A stretch of DNA of 64,000 nt from contig OX597824.1 in NCBI GenBank assembly GCA_951406725.2, positions 78,244,001-78,308,000 of the forward strand, written 5' to 3'. Both the position numbers and the translations under genes were made by a program. Positions within the stretch are counted from its first letter, which is position 1, and every line of letters begins with the position of its first letter. The notes beneath the pieces were generated by a model. It was not told the DNA's origin. It was given only the letters and a program-made list of their open reading frames with translations, and did no database searches. Positions 1-14,040 of this stretch are shown here, in pieces. Source of the stretch: Octopus vulgaris. Lineage: Eukaryota.

Positions 1-249
1 AATAGAGTTTGAGAAAGAAAAAGGTTATAAGGCATCTAAAAACACTTGGATAGGTGAATCGCTACGATACTTTGGATACATCATAATTTAACAAAAATAT
101 ATAAATGTAACGTATTTGTGTCTGAAATTTTCAGCTCAAACGCAGCAAAGCATATGCAGGAAGAAAGGAAGGAATAAAGGAAGGAAGGAAGGAAAGAAGG
201 AAAGAAAGAAGAAAGGAAATAAACAAACAAACAAAGGACACAAACAGAA

Positions 250-318
250 TGATTTTGATTTTGATTTTGATTTTTCCAGTTTCAGCTCATGAGCTGTGGC
301 CATGCTGGGGCACCGCCA
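250..318 (-). mobile_element. 3' tail fragment of a LINE/SINE related to the SINE-A tail
   Basis: Minus strand reads GGCGGTGCCCCAGCATGGCCACAGCTCATGAGCTGAAACTGG followed by (AAAATC)n. Same motif as the SINE-A end GGCGGTGCTCCAGCATGGCCGCAGTCAAATGACTGAAAC. Confidence 0.6.
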
Positions 319-799
319 TTTGGTTTGCTACATGATTTTACCTCACGAATGCTATTTAGCAACTGCCATTTGGTGCATGAGAAAGTTCGATGCAGCTGCC
401 CTCATCTGCACCTCCTGCCGTGAAGTTGGTTTATCCGGGACACCTGACAGGAAGAGAATGATAATAAGTAGAGAGAACGATAGGCATAGAGAGAGAAATA
501 AATAAAAGACATTTCATATTTTAAAAGAAAACTTAACGTTACGAAAAGCAAGCAGACAGGACAGAACCAGCGAATATTTATTTGTAAGTTTTCTGAAGAG
601 ACATATTTGAAGTAAGATTCATAGTTTTGTTTACTTCTCGTAGTAAATTACATCTTTGATAAACAAGAAATTAAATCTAATTTTGAAAAGAACGGTTGTT
701 TAGTAAGTTAAATGCTTTTCACGATGGCATTGAGATATGAAGGCAGTTGGGTGAGAAAGAGAAGAATGAGAGAAATCGAAATATATACGTAACGCACAC

Positions 800-1020
<221 letters not shown>

Positions 1021-1022
1021 TG

Positions 1023-1873
1023 CAAGGTGCGATGGGTACATTGTTGTCATTTTAGATTTTTCATTTTGCGTATGTGTATTGGGTATTTTTGACTTTGTCG
1101 ACTACACAGTATAGTAGGGTCACCTGGGCACCGTCTGTGAGAGAAACACCACCATGACGCAATTCACAAGGCCAGAAATTTGGAAGCAATATGCTGTACT
1201 GCTTGGCATTCACACCAGAAGCTCTAATATGAACAGATGGTGAACACAAAGTACAACCGTTGGCTTGCTGTATCCCCAAAACATGTACCGAAAGTGATAA
1301 AATCAAACATCCAGTCAACATCAGGGTGTTTGGAGTGATCACTAGTGACGGCGACGTTATGTTTCCATTCATTTTCATGGAGGCCTACATCAAGTGCCTT
1401 GAGGTGATAGTGCAGCCCTGGGTCAAGAGGGTGGCTGCTGGAAGACCCTATGTCTGGCAACAGCAGCCTGCACGTTGCCACACAAGCAGGAGTATCCAGT
1501 CATGACGGTCAGACAACTTTTGCGACCACATCAACACTAGCATCTGGTCACCTAACTACCCACACTGTAACTCGTTTGATTAATATGTGTAGAGCACAAC
1601 TGAGCACCCAACAAAAGACCAAAGATGAATTGAGGGTAAGGATTATGGCAGCATTCACCAACTTAAACAAGGGCACAATCCAGAAGAGTTGCAGGGAATT
1701 CCGAAGTCGACTGGAGGGTCGTCGATGATGCCAATGGTAATTTTTATATAATAATTTTACTCATTAATATTTCAAGATATTTTTATGTAATTTTGGTAAA
1801 TATATCCTGTTAAAATGAGATGTCAGTTATTTTCATTTTTGCATCATTTAGACGACAATATATACACAGCACG
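1023..1873 (+). mobile_element. Decayed, internally deleted Tc1/mariner-superfamily (maT/DD37D-like) DNA transposon
   Basis: Translated remnants KHPVNIRVFGVITSDGDVMFPFIF..EAYIKCLEVIVQPWVKRVAAGRPYVWQQ..A.CHTS and a WSPNYPHCNSFD motif (WPPxSPDxNPLD-like). Contains stops and frameshifts. Degenerate TIRs lie next to TA runs. Confidence 0.8.
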
Positions 1874-1879
1874 TATATA

Positions 1880-1927
<48 letters not shown>

Positions 1928-2069
1928 TTTGTGTGTGTGTGTGTGTGTATGAGTGTGTGTGTGTGTGTGTGAGCTTTACTCGGGATTAAAATGGCATAGT
2001 TTTTTTTTTATCGTACTGACTACTCCTAATGTCTTCTTTCCTTCCTGTGGAAAAGGGATACATAACACA

Positions 2070-2170
2070 ATAGATAGATAGGTGGGTAGGTAAGTAGTTA
2101 GCTAGATAGCTAGATAGCTAGCTAGATAGCTAGATAGCTAGCTAGATAGCTAGATAGCTAGCTAGCTAGC

Positions 2171-2247
<77 letters not shown>

Positions 2248-2285
2248 GGATGGATGGATGGATGGATGGATGGATGAATGAATGG
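2070..2285. repeat. (GATA)n/(GCTA)/(GGAT)n compound microsatellite
   Basis: Directly visible. Confidence 0.95.
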
Positions 2286-2496
2286 ATATACATATAAATA
2301 TTCACATATGTGTGTGTGAGTCCTTACGCAATAACACACATTTATATAGAGACAGAAAAAGAGAGAGTGAGGAAGGAAGAGAGAAGGAAAGAGTGATGGA
2401 CAATGCGAACCGAACCGGAATTTCCTGTAACAGATCAACAGACTTCATAATCAATATGGGAATGCGTGTGAATGTATGAGTGTGTATCTCTATATA

Positions 2497-2541
<45 letters not shown>

Positions 2542-2543
<2 letters not shown>

Positions 2544-2733
2544 TCTTTACTCTTTTACTTGTTTCAGTCTTTAGTCGAGCAAATCGACCCCGTGACTTAT
2601 TCTTTGTAAGCCCAGTACTTATTCTACCGGTCTCTTTTTGCCAAACCGCTAAGTGACGGGGACGTAAACACACCAGCATCAGTTGTCAAGCAATGCTAGG
2701 GGGACAAACACAAACACACAAATACACACACAT

Positions 2734-2794
<61 letters not shown>

Positions 2795-2953
2795 TACGAC
2801 GGGCTTCTTTCAGTTTCCGTCTACCAAATCCACTCGCAAGGCATTAGTCAGCCCGGGGCTATAGCAGAGGACACTTGCCCAAGATGCCACGCAGTGGGAC
2901 TGAACCCGGAACCATGTGGTTGGTTAGCAAGCTACTTACCACACAGCCACTCC
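2542..2953 (-). mobile_element. SINE family A (tRNA-like head, CORE-like segment, internal TA/TG microsatellite, AAAAGAGT tail)
   Basis: Head GGAGTGGCTGTGTGGTAAG..GGGTTCAGTCCC (A/B box-like), followed by CTTGGGCAAGTGTC. More than 20 homologous copies occur in the window. Confidence 0.9.
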
Positions 2954-3239
2954 ATACATACATACATACATACATACATACATACATACATACATACATA
3001 CATACATACATACATACATACATGCGTGTGTGTGTGTGTGTGTATTCGTGTGTCTGTATGTTTCTGCGTCTTTGTGTGTCTGTGAGTAAAAATGTATATA
3101 TGCGTTAAATAGATAGAGACTTATTCGGCGGAATTTGAACTCAGAATGTAGAGACAGATGAAATATCGCTAAGCATCTACCCCAACATACCAACGATTCT
3201 GCCAAGCTGAACGCCTTATCTATAGACCTAATAACGGGT

Positions 3240-3622
3240 TTCGATTTCGGCACAAGGCCGGCAATTTTGGAGGAGAGTTAAATCAATTACATTGCTCCTA
3301 GTGTTCAACTGGTTCTTAATTTATTGACCCCATAATGACCAAAGGTGAAATCGTCTTCGACGAAATTTGAGGTCCGTACGTAAAGATGGACGAAATACCT
3401 ATTTCTTTACTACCCAAAAGGGGCTAAACACAGAGAGGACAAACAAGGACAGACAAACGGGTTAAGTCGATTACATCGACCCCAGAGCGTATCTGGTACC
3501 TATTTAATCGACCCCGAAAAGATGAAAGGCAAAGTCGACCTCGGCGGAATTTTAACTCAGAACGTAACGGCAGACGAAATACCGCTCAGTATTTTACCCG
3601 CCGTGCTATCGTCTCTCCCCGC
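3240..3622 (-). mobile_element. SINE family B dimer (young unit joined to an older diverged unit)
   Basis: Core GAGTTCAAATTCCGCCGAGGTCGACTTTGCCTTTCATCCTTTCGGGGTCGAT..AAGTACCAG, which resembles the MetaSINE central domain as I recall it. Unit junction at about 3398. Confidence 0.85.
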
Positions 3623-3635
3623 TATCACTTTAGTT

Positions 3636-4018
3636 GGAAGCACTCCGTCGGTTTCGACGATGAGGGTTCCGGTTGATCCGATCAACGGAACAGCCTGCTC
3701 GTGAAATTAACGTGTAAGTGGCTGAGCACTCCACAGACACGTGTACCCTTAACGTAGTTCTCGGGGATATTCAGTGTGACACAGAGAGTGACAAGGCCGG
3801 CCCTTTGAAATACAGGTACAACAGAAACAGGAAGTAAGAGTGAGAGAAAGTTGTGGTGAAAGAGTACAGCAGGGATCACCACCATCCCTGCCGGAGCCTC
3901 GTGGAGCTTTTTAGGTGTTTTCGCTCAATAAACACTCACAACGCCCGGTCTGGAAATCGAAACCGCGATCCTACGACCGCGAGTCCGCTGCCCTAACCAC
4001 TGGGCCATTGCGCCTCCA
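3636..4018 (-). mobile_element. SINE family C, full length, tRNA(Arg)-like head, with target-site duplication
   Basis: Head GTGGAGGCGCAATGGCCCAGTGGTTAGGGCAGCGGACTCGCGG..GGTTTCGATTTCC. TSD CTATCACTTTAGTT at 3622-3635 and 4019-4032. Near-identical copy at 32.7-33.06 kb. Confidence 0.92.
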
Positions 4019-4049
4019 CTATCACTTTAGTTATGCACATGATAAAACC

Positions 4050-4263
4050 ATTCTGCTAGAGGCACAAGGTCTGAAATTTTAGGGAAGGCGGATGGTCTAA
4101 TTCAGCGACCCCAGTGCGTGTCTTGTACTTGTTTGATCGATCCCGAAATGATAAAGGTCGGCCGCGATGGAATTTGATCTCAGAACGTCAAAACAGACAA
4201 AGTGTCGCTAAGCATTTTGTCTCTCTTGACTAACGTGCTAACGATTCTCTCTGCTCGCCGCCT
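4050..4263 (-). mobile_element. SINE family B, old diverged copy
   Basis: Homology to the family B head and core. Confidence 0.7.
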
Positions 4264-4599
4264 TAATTTCGCTATTATTCACAGTGACACTTATGCATAT
4301 CCACAGCGACACGAAACATATATTTTCCTCCAACGCCTACACTCACACCCAAACAAAGAACAGATTTCAGGAATTGGTAAGATCAATATATCCCGGGTAC
4401 TGGTACATTTATCTTGTGATTCTTTATGGCCAGTCTGAAGAATCATAGAACGATGTAACCATTCACCGACAAATATTGATTTCTCCAATTCCCGAAATAG
4501 ATAAACAGGTATTGCCATACAAATGTACGTGCCTGTGTAGGAAGACAAGTTGAAAAGGTATCTTTATGTACAGAGGTGTCCTTGTCCCTGTGTGTATGT

Positions 4600-6018
<1,419 letters not shown>

Positions 6019-6914
6019 CCCTGTATTCAAGCACGCATATTTTGGTGAGAGAATGAGACATCGTTTACAAAGTTATACATTATGTTCCCACAAGTCTTGC
6101 CAATACAATTCACTGTGTTTAATGGGTTGTGCGATAAATCACAGCGCCCAGGCTCTTTTCATATATCGTAGATAATTCACTTATACCAATCATATGCGTG
6201 TATTTACCTTGCTAAAACCACCAAAAGTACATATTTACTTAAAACGCATCCATTTCTGCACTCGGTTTTGGTGAAATAACGCCAAGAAAGTAAGGTGAGC
6301 CATTTGTAAACTGTAACATTCTCTGTTGGTTATATATAAAGTGTGTATTTGATGGATTTCCTTTCCTGAGGGATGAAAAGAGTGGGATTTTTTTTTTTTT
6401 GGTTTTTGAACGGAATGTTATTGTTATTATTTTGTGTGAGATACAGATATGTTAATATATCTGCGTGCACAGCATTCAATTCTCCAAGATAGATAGATGG
6501 GCAATTCACACACACACATGCACACACACACATGCACACACACACATGCACACACACACATGCACACACACACATATCTATATATATAATGCATAATGTA
6601 AAATATATATGCTTGTTATATAAAAGTATACATCGATAAATCGATAAATTTACATCTGTATATTTATATATGTATATATCTATATACACGCACACCCCAC
6701 TTTACATATATATATATATATGTGTAAATGTATATATATATCGATATATTACATTTATATACACATGCATGTATATAATATTTATATACATATTCAGATT
6801 ACATCCATAACTACATACATACAGGCCTAAGTACATACATACGTACCAATCTATCTAACTACATATGTACGCATATACATACAAACATACATACATACAT
6901 GCATATACATATAT

Positions 6915-8425
6915 ACATACATCACAGCTGCATCGTCGTTACGCGGGAAAAGCCATTACCAAGAAGACTTACTGAAATGATACATGATTGTTGCCATGTG
7001 ATGCCCTTGTATAACTTTTAAGCCCGGACAAGCTTTTACACATTTTATTATATAGCACACAACTGTACTGGCTGGCAGGAGAGATAGGTGCCACCTTAAC
7101 ATGTCTTTTTAGACCTCCAACTGAGAGGCACACCCTTCCACATTTTCCACACGTTCTGTTGTGAATCTTAGTAGTCACATCGTTGTTTATCTTGGATCGA
7201 TTTCTGTGAGAATTTTTATGGCTCACCAGCCCTTCACAACTCAAACACCTCTGCCCACAAACCACACGCATAAAAAGCAACAATCCCTCACTTTCCACAA
7301 GTTTCCCCCTTCTAAGCCCCCTCCTAATTCTCTCATAGTTCACTCTCTCCCTCTCAAACCTTGAACAACCATCATGCGCTATCTTGCTCCATCCATCACG
7401 TTCTTGTGCCTCCCTCTCGCAATTACCAGCTGCAATTCCTGTCTGTTTTAGAGCATTTTTAAGGCAATCCTTAAATTTTAGTTTAGGCTTATGTGCTGGT
7501 CTCCTGTCATCTTCCAGCTGACCATACAATAGTTGCTTGGGCAGTCACTCATCACTCATCCTTACCAAATGTCCCTACCACCTCAAACGTTTTTGCAAAA
7601 TCTTTGACTCTACACTTCTACTGCTACTCCTCTCAAGCACCTCCACATTACTAATGGCCATTTTCCAGTTTATCACCCGAAATGTTTCTCAGACAGTATT
7701 GATAAAATCGTTCCAAGTGCCTTACCTGCCTACGGTAAATAATCCATACCTCACTTCCATATAGCAAAGATGGGAGGACGCCTGTGCTATATACCTTAAC
7801 TTCTGAAGATATATTGTGTTTCTTTCACAAAAGCCTATCAAGCCAACCAAAAGCACTACTAGCCCTGCTGATTCTGTACGAAATTTCATCATCAACACCT
7901 GCAGCACTCAAGGTACTTCCTAAATAAATAAATCTAGGTACAATCTCCAACCTTTGACTGTTCCCAGTTATAAAAGTTTCCACATACATCTTGGTGGGTA
8001 CTTTCTTAAAGTATGTGTTAATCCCCATGTGGGTACATGGAGTAAATATAATCATAACATAAAGAATGAAGTATAAGAAATAATAATTTCTTAAAGTATG
8101 TGTTAATCCCCATGTACCCAAACTTTGTGGATACCCTGTATATTGTTATTACTTTATTTTTCATGAACCCTCTCAGACTGTTTTGTTGGGTATGTTTGAA
8201 AGTGTCAGCTGCCTACTTCCTAAATAAATAAATCTAGGTACAATCTCCAACCTTTGACTGTTCCCAGTTATAAAAGGTTCCACATACATCTTGGTGGTTG
8301 CGGGTTGGTACATTACAACAGTTTGTTTTAAGATTGATTTTTAGACACAACGCTGCATATGATGCAGAAATCACATTCACCATGTGCTGTATATCATTCT
8401 GAGAACGTGCCAATCTGGTTAACAT
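6915..8425 (-). mobile_element. RTE-clade LINE, 5'-truncated and decayed (end of RT, C-terminal domain, 3' UTR)
   Basis: Remnants QNDIQHMVN..LKINLKT, LEIVPRFIYLGSTLS...VDDEISYRISRASSAFG and YGQLEDDRRPAHKPKLKFKDCLK (RTE-typical), then C2H2-like motifs. The 3' end runs into (ATGT)n. Interrupted at about 7998-8214. Confidence 0.88.
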
Positions 8426-9073
8426 GAGCTTTTCAGAAAAAGAAATCAACCGGTTAACTTGCACATTACAAATACAATTGACTATAAGTGTAACAATAAA
8501 TATAAGATTTTTCTCAAATTCAATATGTGACAATGTTTTGTAGTCTACATTCAAACAACGGATGTTTGTACCTTTGTTAGAATGTAACCCCTTCCTTACA
8601 GGACGAATTGAAAGATTCTACGTTTATGAATTTGTTTTACAAGATTCCTGATATGAAATCATGTGTTGAAGCAGATATTATTATATTTCGGGGTGGTCAC
8701 TTCTTTTTTTTTTTTTTGCCAAATAAACACATATGCTATGGAAATCTTTCGTCACACATCCAGTGACCATTACATTGATTCTCTATCCTACGTATCACCT
8801 CCTCTTCTGTTATGGAAACACATCAGAAGACACGTGAGATGGAGAGTCGATGAAGAGGTCACAGAATCTGTGACTAAAGATTTCTAGTCAATGGACACAA
8901 AATACGAACAATAATAAAGAAGAACGAATAAAGAGAACGTAACGACGAAATGAAGAAAGTGTGCTTTTTCTTAGAGTATTTAGTTATTTTATTAAGGTTT
9001 TCATATTGCATGTGTGTTGCTACCTATCAGCAATATACGTCAGTCAAAAAAACTAGTTAACGTTTATTTATGA

Positions 9074-9513
9074 CTAGCAGCATAGCCCGGCGTTGCCCGG
9101 GTATGTAAGAACCCCTAGTAGGCAACGACTAATCCCAATCTAGCCCTTTACCTCTAGGGAACGAAGGCGCATGTGTAGGTTGCAATGTCTTCTCTTCACT
9201 CAAATACTTCTGTGTATACGATATTCCTAGCTGTCCCTTTGGGCGATAAAAAGGTCGAGTTGTGCTCCCTAGACAGAAAATGTGTTGCATATAAAAAGCT
9301 TAGATTCTCGACCACATGTCGAATTTATCGATTTTTTTCAGAACTGGGGGAACTTTTCAAAATTTTCGCTGCGTTAGTTTTGAATTATGACATTGGGCTA
9401 TGTGTGTGTCAAGTTTCATCAGAATCGGTTGAAAGCCGTGGTCAGGGTGAGGGTACAACCTGACAGACACACAGACACACAGACAGACAAACTGCCGTTT
9501 ATATAGAGAAAGA
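9074..9513 (-). mobile_element. Non-autonomous Helitron
   Basis: Minus strand begins TC(TTTCTCTATATAAAC) and ends with hairpin CCCGGGCAACGCCGGG plus ...CTAG. Inserted between A and T with no TSD. Internal (CTGT/GTGT) tract. Confidence 0.82.
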
Positions 9514-9965
9514 TTAATGCAGATGCATTTAAATATAGCTGTCGAGAACAAGTATCTTGTGTGACAAGATGTTAGAGTAAAACTAACGCAACTGATAAAC
9601 ATCTTCAAATTAATGAAGAAAACAAAATATTTAGTCATATAAATGAATACTTTAATATAATTCTAGTGACAGTAGGAGCTACCAGCTGAACATTTCCATT
9701 TTACTCTAACAGTAATAAATATGAATTTCTTTCACGATACTTTTCCATGTTATTTAGATATGCTTTCAGGACAAGATCAGATTTTGACATCAGCTTTAAT
9801 AACCTCTCAGCATTTCAAAATATATTACTGGTTGTTGTCTAGAGGATTGCTGTTATTACAAAAATGCAAGGTTTTGTTTGACTAAACTTATATTGAATAG
9901 GTGAGGGCGCGTTGTCTAGTGGTTACGGCATTGCACTCATGATTGCTAGGTCTTGGATTCGATAA

Positions 9966-10495
9966 GGCGGCGAGCTGGCAGAAACGTTAGCACGCCGGGC
10001 GAAATGCTTAGTGGTATTTCGTCTGCCGTTACATTCTGAGTTCAAATTCCACCGAGGTCGACTTTGCCTTTCATCCTTTCGGGGTCGATTAAATAAGTAC
10101 CAGTTACGCACTGGAGTCGATATAATCAACTTAATCCGTTTGTCTGTCCTTGTTTGTCCCCTCTGTGTTTAGCCCCTTGTGGGTAGTAAAGAAATAGGTA
10201 TTTCGTCTGCCGCTATGTTTTGAGTTCAAATTCCGCCGAGGTCGACTTTGCTTTTCATCCTTTCGGGGTCGATTAAATAAGTACCAGTTACGCACTGGGG
10301 TCGATATAATCAACTTAATCCATTTGTCTGTCCTTGTTTGTCCTCTCTGTGTTTAGCCCCTTGTGGGTAGTAAAGAAATAGGTATATCCTCTGCCGTTAC
10401 GTTCTGAATTCAAATTCCGCCGAATTTGACTTTGACTTTCATCCTATCGGGGTCGATAAATCAAGTACCAGTTACCCACTGGGGTCGATGTTATT
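9966..10495 (+). mobile_element. SINE family B trimer (one head plus ~184-bp units)
   Basis: Units joined at AAGAAATAG|GTAT (about 10198 and 10382). Inserted just after the tRNA-like head of another SINE (9901-9962). Confidence 0.92.
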
Positions 10496-10799
10496 CCAAC
10501 TCGCTCGCCTTTGTTGGAAAGTTCTGTTATGTTAACATGTGACCAATCGAATCAAACTTCAATATGTTATTAAGAATGCATAAATTCCGCCGTGGTCGAT
10601 TTAAGCTTTCATCCTTTCGCAATCGATAAATTAAGTACCAGTTGAGTACTGGGGGCGATGTAATCGATTGCCCCTCCCCCAAAACTTCAGACCTTATGCC
10701 TTTAGTAGAAAGGATTATTATTAATCTGTTCTTTATTAACCATTGAAGTCGGAAAACGATTATTGAAAATGCATAATTGAACATGGTAGATAACAGGAT

Positions 10800-11196
10800 A
10801 TCTCGTTTACTCTTTTACTTGTTTCAGTCATTTGACTGTGGCTATGCTGAAGCACCACCTCTAGTCGAGCATATAGAGCCCAGGACATATTCTTTGTAAG
10901 AGTAGAACTTATTCTATCGGTCTCTTTTGCCGAACCGCTAAGTTACGGGGACGTAAACACATCAGCATCGGTTGTTGGGGGACAAACACAGACACACACG
11001 TAAATATATATATGTATATATATACATATATACTACGGGTTTCTTTCAGTTTCCCTCTAACAAATCCACTCACAAGGCTTTGGTCGGCCCGAGGCTTTAG
11101 TAGAAGACACTTGCCAAAGGTGCCACACAGTGGGACTGAACCCGGAACCATGTGGTTGGTAAGCAAGCTACTTACCACACAGCCACTCCTACGCCT
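10800..11196 (-). mobile_element. SINE family A, full length
   Basis: Homology to the other family A copies. Confidence 0.9.
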
Positions 11197-11780
11197 GACT
11201 ATGGCTATTGGTAGATTTACGTAAATGTTTAATTCCTTAGATCTCAGAATGATCAAATGAAATTTTTTTTTTTTAATACTAACAATAAGCCTAATCAGCT
11301 AAAGAAATGATATTTTCTGGCTTTTATTTTTATAATCTACCAAATAACAGCTATGAAAATCAATTTCTCCGTCAACTGATTAAGTATTGATCTGATGCTG
11401 TTTTGCTAACTCAGCAATTCAAGTCTGAGACATAGATGTTAAAAGTTTTAGGTATATCTGAATTTGCTAAAAGATATTTTCGTCTCAATTACTGCTGCAG
11501 CTGCAACTGTCGGCAATATTGTTATACTAACGCAAACACTTTGTCAATGTCAGAGATAGTTAGTTATCAGTTAAATATTTTAGCAATTTCTATAGATTCC
11601 AATTCTGGTTTTCCAAGATTTACTATATATATAAGCTTGATAACATTGTGTTCGCATAAACTGAGTGCATACTTAGATATCTGACTGAATTTATGAATTC
11701 ATTTTACCTATATATATGTATATATGTGTGTGAGTGTGTGTGTGCGTGTGTGTGTCTGTGTGAACCTATAGATATGCTGA

Positions 11781-11811
<31 letters not shown>

Positions 11812-11890
11812 CTGTGTGTGTGTGTGTGTCGGCATATCTATACGTACACACACATACACACACATACACACACACACATATATATATATA

Positions 11891-12023
11891 GTCGCAGGCA
11901 TGGCTGTGTGATAAGAAGCTTGCTTTCCAACTACATTGTTCCGGGTTCAGTCCCACTACCTGGCACCTTTGGGCTAGTGTCTTCTGCTATTGCCTCGGGC
12001 CGACTAGTTACTTGTGAGTGGAT
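11891..12023 (+). mobile_element. SINE family A 5' fragment
   Basis: Head and CORE-like part, ending at the mariner element. Confidence 0.75.
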
Positions 12024-12024
12024 A

Positions 12025-12828
12025 CATTAGGTCGTCGTGTATGAAATTTGTAGTAATGTATATCGTAAATTTTGACAGCTGCTCATCTTGCGCCATTATT
12101 ATATTTGGCAATCTTTACTTTTTGTCAGAAAGCTGACACATCTATTTCTTTATTCTAACTCATTTTGCGCTTTATAAAGTATTTATAAATCGTTTTTTGC
12201 TACTTTGTTTAGAGATGGATAAGTCGGAAATTGGTACGGTTCTGAAATATGAGACATTTCTTAGAAATACAGCATCATAGACAGCTCGGAATATTAATGG
12301 AGTATTTTATTCTAATGCACAGCAGACAGTATCAAATTGATTTGCAATCCTTTATTCTTGTAACTTTGACTTCACGAATGAGCAATGCAGTCGACTAGAA
12401 ACAAAGGTGGGTAATGACGAACTGAAAGCCATCGTCAAGTCAGATCCATCTCAAAGTGCCCGTGAATTATCGTTGTTGTTTGGTGTTAGCAAGTAAACAA
12501 TACTGACTCACCCAGTTCAAATCGGTAACGGGGAAAAATTAGATAAGTGTATTCCACATGAACTCAATGAAAATCAGAAACAGCAACGTTTGGAAGCTTG
12601 CATTATGCTATTTTCTCGTCACAAAAATTGGATCATGTTTGAATCGTATTGTAACATATGATGAGAAATGGATCCAATACAACAACCGTAAACGTCCAGC
12701 ACAATTGTTGGACAAAGACGCGCCACGAAAAAAACATCCCAAAAGGCGAAATTCATCAAAAGAACCTGATGGTGTGTGTTTGGTGGTCTGGCGCAAGTGT
12801 GATCCGTTATGATTTCAGTAAACCTGGC
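12025..12828 (+). pseudogene. Decayed mariner transposase (5' two-thirds, ATG about 12215)
   Basis: MDKSEIGTVLKYE... ; IPHELNENQKQQRLEAC (WVPHEL-like); LNRIVTYDEKWIQYNNRKR; HQKNLMVCVWWSGASVIRYDF.KPG. Contains stops and frameshifts and is 3'-truncated. Confidence 0.9.
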
Positions 12829-12919
12829 ACATCATGTTCGTTGCCATGTTTCTCTTTGAAGAAAAGTCCACATAAAAGTTCAAAATACAGGAAGGAAGGA
12901 AGAAGACGAGAAACAGTTA

Positions 12920-13373
12920 AAAAACACAGCAAATTCTTCTGGTTGTCCTGGTACTCTTGGCCAACTTGGTAATCCTCCTGGCAAGGGCACAAAACAGTCA
13001 CAAAAAATACACTTCTCGCCGCTAAAACATAATTATAGGCAGACAAAAGCCCCACTGAATCCACAAAAAACAAATGTCTTACCTAGTAGTTGTGCTAAAA
13101 ACACAGCAAATTCTTCCGGCTGTCTTAGTACTCCTGGCCAACTTGGTAATCCTTCTCGCAAGGGCACAAAACAGTCACAAAAATAACAATTTTCGGAGGA
13201 ATACGTCCCCAAAACACACTTCTCGCCGCTAAGTGAGACTTTAAACACAACCCCAGGAAGACAAATGCGTAGAACTCAGTGGAGATATCTTGCTCGACAA
13301 AAATAAAATAAACACGAGCAACAGATCCCCAGTGAACACCCCTAAAAAAAATGTCTTACCTAGTAGTTGTGCT
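12920..13373. repeat. Imperfect direct repeats (~177-bp period, 2 copies plus a partial)
   Basis: AAAACACAGCAAATTCTTC...GGCACAAAACAGTCACAAAA at about 12921 and 13098. ATGTCTTACCTAGTAGTTGTGCT at about 13074 and 13351. Confidence 0.8.
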
Positions 13374-13540
13374 TCGATAATTCACGACCTTGGTATACAA
13401 AGACGTGACTCCAGCAGCGACCAAATCTACCAAATCCATTCACAAGGCTTTTGTGGGCCTGAGGCTATAGTAGAAGACGCTTGCCAAAAGTGCCACAAAG
13501 TGGGACTGAATCCGGATCCATATGGTTGGGAAGCAAGCTT

Positions 13541-13958
13541 CTTATTTCTTTATGACCCACAAGGGGCTAAACATAAAGGGGACAAACAAGGACATACAAA
13601 GGGTTAAGTTGATTACATCGACCCCCAGTGTGTAACTGGTACTTAATTTATCGACCCCCGAAAGGATGAAAGGCAATGTCGACCTCGCCGGTATATGAAC
13701 TCAGAAAGTAAAGACTGGTGAAATACCTATTTCTTTATTACCCACAAGGGGATAAACATAGAGGGGACAAACAAGGAAAGATAAAGGTATAAAGTTGATT
13801 ATATCGACCCCAGTGCGTAACTGGTAATTATTTAATCAACCGAGAAAGGATGAAAGGCAAAGTCGCCCTCGGCAGAATTTGAACTCAGAACGTAGCGGCA
13901 GACGAAATACAGCTAAGCATTTCGCCCGGCGTACTACCGTTTCTACCTGCTCGCCGCC
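13541..13958 (-). mobile_element. SINE family B dimer inserted into the head of a SINE-A fragment (13425-13540)
   Basis: Two family B units with the fixed junction at about 13726. The tail abuts AAGCTTGCTTCCCAACCA of SINE A. Confidence 0.85.
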
Positions 13959-13999
13959 TTTTACCACACAGTCACACACACACACACACTCACACACAT

Positions 14000-14040
<41 letters not shown>

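Noticed and set aside
3940-4018. tRNA-Arg-like sequence (also 32.98-33.06, 48.6, 58.6, 58.85 kb)
   Set aside because: These are SINE heads continuing into SINE bodies with TSDs, and they lack a proper acceptor stem. Not tRNA genes.
9966-10495. Regularly repeated units that might suggest a CRISPR-like array
   Set aside because: Units are ~184-bp SINE bodies with no unique spacers, in a eukaryotic context without cas genes.
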